Shown in pieces: positions 1 to 6,799 of a DNA stretch of 8,360 nt. A program made the translations under genes and the position numbers. The DNA lies in assembly GCF_006345805.1 (NCBI RefSeq), contig NW_021828462.1:1-8360 (forward strand), written 5' to 3'. How positions within the stretch are numbered: position 1 is the first letter of the stretch; each line of letters opens with the position of its first letter. The notes under the pieces are model-generated. The model was not told the origin of the DNA, made no database searches, and was given only the letters and a program-made list of their open reading frames with translations. The DNA comes from Octopus sinensis (taxonomy: Eukaryota).

Positions 1-138
1 TTATAGCTAACACCTTGTTACGTGCTGCATTTAGTTCAGATTTCAGGACTGCACGAACTCTCCTATAACATTGCTTCCTGATCTTCTCTCTCATGCTTGC
101 ATGCTGAATACCAGAGCCTTCATTAATCCCTAATATTT

Positions 139-141
<3 letters not shown>
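1..141 (-). pseudogene. 5'-truncated R4/Dong-like non-LTR retrotransposon, C-terminal RT/thumb fragment, running off the window start
   Basis: Hand translation of the minus strand gives YKY-(1-nt deletion)-LGINEGSGIQHASMREKIRKQCYRRVRAVLKSELNAARNKVLAI. The YKYLG motif followed by KIRK.Y.RR...LKSELN..NK..AI is typical of R4-clade RTs. It begins directly after the (TAA)n tract and is too short for the ORF track. Confidence 0.85.
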
Positions 142-207
<66 letters not shown>

Positions 208-242
208 TATCATTATTATTATTGTTGTTGTTGTTGTTGTTG

Positions 243-313
<71 letters not shown>
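140..313. repeat. (ATT)n microsatellite with an internal (GTT)n block at about 222-247
   Basis: Direct reading of the sequence; explains the poly-Y/I/V ORF 137-319. Confidence 0.98.
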
Positions 314-827
314 GTGTGAGAGAGAAGTGCATGCCATCAAAGTGACACTGGGGTAAGCCCAGTACACCCACCATGAGTACCCCGCTGATAAGAGTACACT
401 AGGCACATGCATCACAACCACATATGCGCGACATGGTGATCTCATATCAAGATAAACAGCACATGATCTTGCAGGTGGGGCCCAGTTAGAATTTTATTCT
501 CGTGGAGTAGCCCATCTCGCTCAAAAGGTCCCTGAATAAGGGTTGTTTAAGGACGTTGAACGAAATACTCAAAGAATTCCTCTCAACACACGGTTATGAT
601 GCTCCCCCACTACTTCTGCTCGTGATCAGAGATGCACATATCATCAGTCATTAAGAGATATTTCAACTGGTTAAGGTCAAACAACTGACAAGCAAATCTG
701 TGGTATTGAGCTGAATATTTGCTGTAGTCCATCTTTTATACCCAGACAAAACAATGTACTTGATAACACTTCCAATAAGTTAATATCGGAAGCCACGAGA
801 ACCACTGCCTGGTACTGCATCAGGGGC
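314..827 (-). mobile_element. (TAA)n-flanked non-coding retroelement, copy 1 (family X; LINE 3'UTR or non-autonomous element)
   Basis: Colinear with 847-1313 (shared atgccatcaaagtgacactggggtaa, gcacatgcatcacaaccatatg, gcaggtggggcccagttagaatttt, tatgatgctcccccactacttctgctcgtgatcagagatgcacatatc). (ATT)n on both sides and no ORF. Strand inferred from the shared end next to the TAA tail and the variable other end. Confidence 0.75.
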
Positions 828-846
828 TATTATTATTATTATTATT
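828..846. repeat. (ATT)6 spacer between the family X copies
   Basis: tattattattattattatt. Confidence 0.95.
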
Positions 847-1313
847 GAGTGAGAGAGCAGTTCATGCCATCAAAGTGACACTGGGGTAAAATATACGAAG
901 CCCAATATACCCATCATGACTACCCGTCTGATAAAGGTAACACAGGCACATGCATCACAACCATATGTGCGCGACGAACTGGTGATCTCATATCAAAATA
1001 ACAGCACATGACCTTGCAGGTGGGGCCCAGTTAGAATTTTCTTCAGGTTGAGTAGCCCATCCCGCTCAAACGGTCCCTGAATAAGGGTTGTTTAAGGCTG
1101 TTGAAGAACCACCCATGTTTCCAGAGGTGAACTATTCAAACCCCAAAGAATCCCTCTCAACACATGGCTATGATGCTCCCCCACTACTTCTGCTCGTGAT
1201 CAGAGATGCACATATCGTCAGCCACTAAGGGACATGCTCAACTGGTTAAGGTCAAACAACTGACAAGCAAATTTGTGGTATTGAGCAGAATATTTGCTGT
1301 AGCCCATCTTTTT
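847..1313 (-). mobile_element. (TAA)n-flanked non-coding retroelement, copy 2 (family X), shorter at its 5' end
   Basis: Aligns by eye to 314-733. It has about 10 nt and about 30 nt that copy 1 lacks, and lacks the last roughly 90 nt of copy 1 (its homology stops at cccatctttt). Confidence 0.75.
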
Positions 1314-1314
1314 A

Positions 1315-1356
<42 letters not shown>

Positions 1357-1366
1357 GATTATTATT
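1314..1366. repeat. (ATT)n microsatellite
   Basis: Direct reading. Confidence 0.95.
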
Positions 1367-1370
1367 TTTA

Positions 1371-1596
1371 AGGCGGCGGTCTCGTAGAAACGTTCGCACG
1401 TCGGGAGAAATGCTTAGCGGTCTGCCGTTACGTTCTGAGTTCAAATTCCGCCGAGGTCCACTTTGCCTTTCATCCTTTCGAGGTTGATTAAAGAAGTACC
1501 AGTTACGCACTGAGGTCGATATAATCGACTTAATCCGTTTGTCTGTCCTTGTTTGTCCTCTTTGTGTTTAGCTCCTTGTAGGTAGTAAAGAAATAG
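1371..1596 (+). mobile_element. tRNA-derived SINE, family A (CORE-like), long-tail monomer
   Basis: ggcggcg head, B-box-like GAGTTCAAATTCC, core actttgcctttcatcctttcg...aagtaccag and tail ending agtaaagaaatagg. Colinear with 4558-4785. Confidence 0.85.
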
Positions 1597-1726
1597 GTAT
1601 TTCGTCTGTCTTTACGTTCTGAGCTCAAAATCCGTCGAGGTCGACTTTGCATTTTATCCTTTTGGGGTTGATATAATTGACTATTCCGCTTCCCACGAAT
1701 TCCAGGCCTTGTGACTGTAGTAGAAA
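1597..1726 (+). mobile_element. Family A SINE, head-less second monomer fused to the previous copy, with a short-type tail
   Basis: Restarts at tatttcgtctgtctttacgttctgagctcaaaatccgtcgaggtcgactttgc and ends ggccttgtgactgtagtagaaa followed by (ATT)n. Confidence 0.8.
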
Positions 1727-1744
1727 TTATTATTATTATCATTA

Positions 1745-1866
1745 CTTTTTTTTTTCTTCTTTCAAATTTGCTTCCATTTCTTGCCGAGTGTCTTCCCGAC
1801 TCCTAGGGCAAAGAAACTCATAGTATACAATGGTAGGCCATTAAGCCAAACTCAGTAGTTCGTTCA
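1745..1866 (-). mobile_element. Putative 3'-end fragment of another TAA-associated retroelement
   Basis: A complex 110-nt sequence whose minus strand ends in an A-rich tail then (TAA)n. It has a small stem-loop GAGTC-GGGAA-GAC-ACTC and lies between (ATT)n tracts. Family assignment is inference only. Confidence 0.4.
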
Positions 1867-1910
1867 TTTTTTATTTTTTTATTTAAAAAAATTTTTTTTT
1901 TAAAGTTAAC

Positions 1911-1963
<53 letters not shown>

Positions 1964-1990
1964 TATTATTATTTTATTATTATTATTATT
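1911..1990. repeat. (ATT)n microsatellite
   Basis: Direct reading. Confidence 0.95.
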
Positions 1991-1992
1991 TC

Positions 1993-2020
1993 TGTTAGCA
2001 GAATTGTTAGAACGTCGGAA
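1993..2020 (+). mobile_element. Possible degenerate head fragment of SINE family A
   Basis: gttagcagaattgttagaacgtcggaaa resembles gctggcagaatcgttggcacgccgagcgaaa at 4563-4593. Confidence 0.35.
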
Positions 2021-2084
2021 ATAATTTTTCTTTCTTAACGTTTGTTGTTACTATGAGTGTGCAATCGTACAATCTATCAGTGCA

Positions 2085-2156
2085 TAAAACATACATACAC
2101 ACATATACATACATTCATATACGTATATATGTGTGAATATATATATATATATATAC

Positions 2157-2190
<34 letters not shown>

Positions 2191-2250
2191 TATATATATA
2201 TATATGATATGTTACACACATGCACACACATACTTACATATGTGTATATA
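2085..2250. repeat. Compound (CA)/(TA)n microsatellite
   Basis: Direct reading; near-pure TA at about 2136-2205. Confidence 0.95.
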
Positions 2251-2455
2251 TAAACGTGCCATTCGTTTTTTTACGCACATTAAACGCACATTCTCCCGTC
2301 TCAAACAATGCATAAGTGTACACGCTCGGCTCTTTTACGGTTAGTAGTTCTAGTCAGTGAGCCGTGACCATGCTTGAAAAGTAGAACAGACAGAGAAAGA
2401 TTCATGTATACGCAGAGAACAGAAATTGATAGATAGAGAATTATAAATACAAACG

Positions 2456-2459
<4 letters not shown>

Positions 2460-2510
<51 letters not shown>

Positions 2511-2545
2511 AGAAAGAGAGTGAGTGAAAGAGAAAGAGAGAGGGA
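2460..2545. repeat. (GA)n microsatellite
   Basis: Direct reading. Confidence 0.95.
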
Positions 2546-2737
2546 GAAGGGAAGCGTGTTTGATGAGCAGATAAGCAAGGAGAAAAGAACCAGCGACGGA
2601 CATAGACAAGGTACTGTGCTTAGAAGAGTTCATCAATGCTTTCGTTTATGTCAATAGAAATCGTTGTACGTGAATCCAGAAAAACATATTAAGGGCTTCA
2701 ATGTTAATGTATAGACTATTGCATATTTATGCGCATA

Positions 2738-3137
2738 GGCGTAGGAGTGGCTGTGTGGTAAGTACCTTGCTTACCAACCATATGGTTCCGGGTTCAGTCC
2801 CACTGCGGAGCACCTTGGGCAAGTGTCTTCTACTATTAGCCTCGGGCCGACCAAAGCCTTGTGAGTGGATTTGGTAGACGGAAACTGAAAGAAGCCCCTC
2901 GTATATATGTATGTGTGTATATGTTTGCGTGTCTGTGTTTGTCCCCCCCCCCAACATCACTTGACAACCGATGCTGGTGTGTTTATGTGCCCGTAACTTG
3001 TCGGTTCGGCAAAAAGACCGATAGAATAAGTGCTAGGCTTACAAAGAATAAGTCCTGGAGTCGATTTGCTCGACTAAAGGCGGTGCTCCAGCATGGCCAC
3101 ACTCAAATGACTGAAACAAGTAAAAGAGTAAAGAGTA
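2738..3137 (+). mobile_element. Full-length tRNA-derived SINE, family B (about 400 bp)
   Basis: A-box TGGCTGTGTGG (2748-2758), B-box GGTTCAGTCCC (2791-2801), CORE-like caccttgggcaagtg, internal (TA/TG) tract and terminal (TAAAAGAG)2. Recalled as an abundant octopus SINE. Confidence 0.85.
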
Positions 3138-3216
3138 ATACTCTCACATACATACACACATACTCTGCACGACGCCACATATACATATCTACCTACCTAC
3201 ATATATTCACAGCTAC

Positions 3217-3274
3217 ACATACATACATACATACATACATACATACATACATACATACATACATACATACATAC
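3217..3274. repeat. (TACA)n microsatellite
   Basis: Perfect ACAT tetramers directly upstream of the RLE fragment. Confidence 0.97.
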
Positions 3275-3606
3275 AGGCCAGATATTGTTGTTTGGGACAA
3301 GGGGCAAGGGCATGTACCATTATAGAGGTCAGCTGTCCTGCAGATACAAATATTTCTTTGAAAATCAAAGAAAAAGAGGATATCTATGGACAATTGCTTC
3401 AAAACCTCCAGCTTCTATATCCAGACTATGAATTCATATTCATACCAATAATAATCGGAGCACTAGGGTTTGTTAGTAAATGCTTAAAGGAGAATCTGGA
3501 TAAACTGGGATTTTCAGAAAAAGAAATCGACCGGCTAATTCATACAAGTGCAATCTATGAGTGGAAAAGTAAAAATATGCAAGACTTTTTCAAGTTCCAA
3601 ATGTGA
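3275..3606 (+). pseudogene. R4-clade non-LTR retrotransposon, C-terminal restriction-like (PD-(D/E)xK) endonuclease domain, frameshifted
   Basis: Joining frames gives RPDIVVWDK-(frameshift at about 3301-3309)-ACTIIEVSCPADTNISLKIKEKEDIYGQLLQNLQLLYPDYEFIFIPIIIGALGFVSKCLKENLDKLGFSEKEIDRLIH-(shift)-IQVQSMSGKVKICKTF-(shift)-FKFQM*. RPD..IIE..P...K..K.Y and PIIIGALG are hallmark R4/Dong RLE motifs. Confidence 0.9.
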
Positions 3607-3712
3607 ACTTGTCTGTATTAACTAGATCCCAAAAAGGGAGTCTTGTATCTTTGTTGGAAACCGGCTCCCTCCACAGTGGAAGATTTATAATAATTAAAAA
3701 ATAGAAGTGACT
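3607..3712 (+). mobile_element. 3'UTR of the RLE LINE
   Basis: About 100 nt after the stop codon, with an AGGGAG (3635-3640)/CTCCCT (3665-3670) stem and an AT-rich end, followed by CATA repeats. Confidence 0.65.
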
Positions 3713-3830
3713 GACATACATACGTACATACATGTATATGTTTGTGTATATATATTGGCGTGCATACATGCATATATATACATATATATCCGCAAATATA
3801 AATAAACACATAGATGTATGTATGTATGTC
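3713..3830. repeat. Compound CATA/TA/TG low-complexity tract
   Basis: Direct reading. Confidence 0.85.
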
Positions 3831-4029
3831 GCGTTAAATTTTTATTATATTTAAATTGAATTGATTTTATTATTATCAATTTGAAAATATAGCCACGAAA
3901 TACGTGTAGTCTATTTACCAATTATATACTATTCATTTATTATTTAGTACTTTATTTAGTTTTAGGTAAATGTTTTAAAGATTTAAGTATATCATTATTG
4001 AATTGCTTCATGGTGGTTTTCTCTAATTT

Positions 4030-4040
4030 ATATACATGTA

Positions 4041-4071
<31 letters not shown>

Positions 4072-4078
4072 CTATATA

Positions 4079-4153
<75 letters not shown>
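4030..4153. repeat. (TA)n microsatellite
   Basis: Direct reading. Confidence 0.97.
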
Positions 4154-4154
<1 letters not shown>

Positions 4155-4390
4155 TTATCCTTCGAAACGTAGAGTAGATGAAAGCTTTAGCGACTGAAGA
4201 AGGGGTTTTTCCTTGTGTTAATTATCCTGTATTCTATTTTTTTTTGCTGTTTTAATAACTGTCCAGTTCCTTTGGTTTGTGTCTATGTTTTCGTTTCTCA
4301 TTGTGTTCGACGTCCTTTTTGGTGTCCTGTACTCATATATGCGTGTATTGTACATGTAGAGGTAGGTACGTACATATTGTTTATATATAT
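4154..4390 (+). mobile_element. TA-embedded probable dispersed repeat, possibly Penelope-like, with hammerhead-like core words
   Basis: A complex block of about 240 bp between two (TA)n tracts, containing CGAAACGTA (4163-4171) and CTGAAGAAGG (4194-4203). Family and strand are inferred. Confidence 0.4.
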
Positions 4391-4422
4391 GCATATGTTT
4401 TGTTTTATTTATTAATATATTT

Positions 4423-4431
4423 TATATATAT

Positions 4432-4467
<36 letters not shown>

Positions 4468-4545
4468 ATACATATTATACATATATATATATATACATAT
4501 ATTATAATATATATATATATTATATATATATATATATATATAATA
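4423..4545. repeat. (TA)n microsatellite
   Basis: Direct reading. Confidence 0.97.
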
Positions 4546-4557
4546 CACACATAAGTT

Positions 4558-4785
4558 GGCGAGCTGGCAGAATCGTTGGCACGCCGAGCGAAATGCTTAG
4601 CGGTGTTTCGTCTGCCGTTACGTTCTGAGTTCAAATTCAGCCGAGGTCGACTTTGCCTTTCATCCTTTCGGGGTCGATAAATTAAGTACCAGTTACGCAC
4701 TGGGGTCGATGTAATAGACTTAATCCGTTTGTATGTCCTTATTTGTCCCCTCTGTGTGTAGCCCCTTGTGGGCAGTAAAGAAACA
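4558..4785 (+). mobile_element. tRNA-derived SINE family A, near full length and the least degenerate copy
   Basis: A-box-like TGGCAGAATCG (4565-4575), B-box GAGTTCAAATTC (4627-4638), core gtcgactttgcctttcatcctttcggggtcgataaattaagtaccag; colinear with 1371-1596. Confidence 0.9.
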
Positions 4786-4800
4786 GTAAAACTATTGTTG

Positions 4801-4896
4801 CGCCTACAGGAGGAAAAATGAACCCACGACCCTCAGATGACTCTGTTAAGATTCAGTCGTAAAAGCCTGATGCTCTACCGTCTGAGCTATGCATCT
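4801..4896 (-). tRNA. tRNA-Lys(TTT): tRNA-Lys(UUU)-like sequence with a 21-nt intron at position 37/38; probably a pseudogene
   Basis: Minus strand: AGATGCA TA GCTC AGACGGTA GAGC A TCAGG CT TTT A [cgactgaatcttaacagagtc] A TCTGA GGGTC GTGGG TTCATTT TTCCTCC TGTAGGC G. The D arm and anticodon arm are intact and close to the metazoan tRNA-Lys(UUU) consensus. Only 4 of 7 acceptor pairs form and the T arm is damaged. TTTT follows about 10 nt downstream (4791-4788). Confidence 0.8.
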
Positions 4897-5059
4897 TAGA
4901 AATGTGTTTTTGAAATGAAACCTATTTTGTTTGAGAGTTATGAATTAGCGAAATCAGAGTTTCGTTGCTAAAATGTTAAATCTGCAGAACGAAGCTGTTG
5001 TAGTTGTATTCGATTACCGTATAGAGTCTTCTTTGCTCTTCTTATATCTTTGATCCGAG

Positions 5060-5240
5060 AATTCTCTCTCTCTCTCTTTGTCTCTCCTCTTGCTGACACT
5101 CACATAACTATGTTTCTGACTATATATAAATTTGTTTACACACCTACATGCATATATATATACATATATATGTTTCTTTACAAAAGTCTCGTGCCTACAG
5201 ACATACTGTCTGTTTCTCACGTAGACACACACACACTCAT
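5060..5240. repeat. Dispersed short (CT)n, (TA)n and (CA)n tracts
   Basis: Direct reading. Confidence 0.7.
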
Positions 5241-5432
5241 ACATCATCCATATTATTGTCTGGTGGTCGACATAATAGAACTGTCGCTATCGTATCTCCG
5301 AAGCTGATGACTAGATTTGTTATATTAATGTGAATGCCATTAAGGAACATCATTAGAGATTTGGGAGTCTACTTAATGTGATATATCGAGGAGGAGATAT
5401 AGAGTGGGGTGTTGCTTACTTCCTTCATACTA

Positions 5433-5640
5433 CTTTCAAATTTTGGTGCAAGGCCAGCAAATTATTTTTAGGGAGAATCAGGCAGTCGATTCCATTAACT
5501 CCAGTGCTCATTTGATATTTGTTATCGACCTCTGTTAAATATTGATCTTCGCAGAATTTGAAGTCAAAACGTAAAAAACCGGAAGAAATACTACTAAGCA
5601 TGTTGTCCAACGCGCTGGCGATTCTGCTACTTCACCACCC
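5433..5640 (-). mobile_element. SINE family A, diverged short-tail copy
   Basis: The reverse complement reads ggtggtgaagtagcagaatcgccagcgcgttggacaacatgcttagtagtatttc...ttacgttttgacttcaaattctgcgaag; the tail reads caaggccagcaa on the plus strand. Confidence 0.75.
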
Positions 5641-6219
5641 CTTCCCTCTTGGTATTTGGAATAATATAGTGTCTGTTGGATTGGACTTCATTGTTACAAT
5701 TCATTGTACGTCGTTTTGAAGATCTCTGTCACGGAAAAATTTCCGACAGATTCATCGCTTATGAACATGTTAGTTAAATGGTGATTAATGCAATGATAAA
5801 AATAAATCAAGAAAAAATAAGAAAACAAAAAAAAAAAAAAAGACTTAGCGTTTCCATAACAAGGAACCATTTTATCTAATTTAAATTTTCCTAGGAAGTC
5901 CAGACTTTTGAATGATCTTTCTTCTCAATAAATTTTGAACACAGTTAACGGAGCTTAGTACTACTTTTTGGACCCCTAACTGGGAACAACTGCTGAAGAT
6001 ATTTTGAGCTGTCATATTCGCCAGAATAACCGGATGTGTCATTGTGATTAAAGGATTTAGGAGTTTGGGGATTATGAGATTATATCACTAGAAGCGGGGG
6101 AACGGATTTAAACTTTCTAACTGGATTGTCCCCATCATCCGTTTATTTGGAAACTAGAATTATTTATGCCTTATTAGTTAGTGGGAAAGGTATAACATTT
6201 AACTTAATATATGATTGAT

Positions 6220-6340
6220 ACTTTGCCTTTCCTCATTGAAGGAATGATAGGCAAAGTCGACTTTTGCGAAATTTGACCTCAGAACGTATAAATGCCAGAT
6301 CAAGATATTTCTGTTCGACGTTTTCAGATTCTGCCATTCC
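6220..6340 (-). mobile_element. SINE family A, partial diverged copy with a fold-back end
   Basis: aggcaaagtcgac...atttgacctcagaacgta and gattctgcca (reverse-complement A-box) on the plus strand. Confidence 0.65.
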
Positions 6341-6357
6341 TCCATCCTTGTAACAAT

Positions 6358-6545
6358 TATTTCCACTATAGGCACAACGCTTTTAATAGACCTAAAGCGA
6401 TCCCCGTGTTCAATTTCATCCTTTCGACCCCGAAAGGATAAAAGGCAAAAATCGACCTCGGCGGAATTTGAACTCAGAGAGTAAAGACGGAAAGCATTTT
6501 TGTCCGGCATGCTAACGATTCTGTCAGCAGCCAGCTACCAGCCTT
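6358..6545 (-). mobile_element. SINE family A copy
   Basis: gaccccgaaaggataaaaggcaaaaatcgacctcggcggaatttgaactcagag...gctaacgattctgtcagc is the reverse complement of the family A core and head. Confidence 0.85.
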
Positions 6546-6561
6546 ATTTCCAAATGATAAA

Positions 6562-6765
6562 ATAATCCTTTCTATTATTGGCACGAAATTTTGTGGGAAG
6601 GGGCTCGCCGATTATATTGACCCCAGGGCTCAACTGGTACTTTTTTTTATCGATCCTGAAAGGATGAAAAGCAAAGTCAACAGTGGCAGACGAAATGTCG
6701 GACAGACGAAATACTGCTAAGCAATTTTGTCTGGCGTGCTAACGACCCTGCCAGTTCGCCGCCTT
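6562..6765 (-). mobile_element. SINE family A copy lacking the B-box segment
   Basis: caactggtac...atcgatcctgaaaggatgaaaagcaaagtcaac and cagacgaaatactgctaagc...gctaacgaccctgccagttcgccgcctt; the ggaatttgaactcagaacg segment is absent. Confidence 0.8.
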
Positions 6766-6799
6766 ATATCATTGTACCAGTAATAATAATCCGCCTATG

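Noticed and set aside
137-319. 60-aa poly-Y/I/V ORF
   Set aside because: Translation of the (ATT)n/(GTT)n microsatellite.
770-827. Possible HDV-like ribozyme at the 5' end of family X (minus strand GCCCCTGATGCAGTACCAGG...)
   Set aside because: I could not fit P1, P3 and P1.1 by hand; a consensus-based search would be needed.
314-1313. Direct repeats as LTRs or a CRISPR-like array
   Set aside because: Only 19 bp of ATT separates the copies, with no TG..CA termini or primer-binding site, and there is no short repeat-spacer periodicity.
1238-1742. ORFs 1238-1510 and 1530-1742 sharing QPRKDERQSxPRRNLNSER-like peptides with ORFs 4422-4700 and 6199-6510
   Set aside because: The peptide similarity comes from translating copies of the same non-coding SINE; it is not a protein family.
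2057-2960. ORFs 2057-2344, 2301-2636 and 2727-2960
   Set aside because: Dominated by (TA)n, (CA)n or (GA)n translations or antisense SINE sequence; no domain motifs.
5715-5775. Possible micro-exon (ttttgaag|ATCTC...GAACAT|gttagt)
   Set aside because: Plausible AG/GT sites, but a weak pyrimidine tract and an unrecognised peptide; unsupported without RNA-seq.
5795-5842. AATAAA-like word followed by a poly-A tract
   Set aside because: Could be a retrocopy tail, but there is no target-site duplication or identifiable upstream cDNA, and such tracts are expected in AT-rich DNA.
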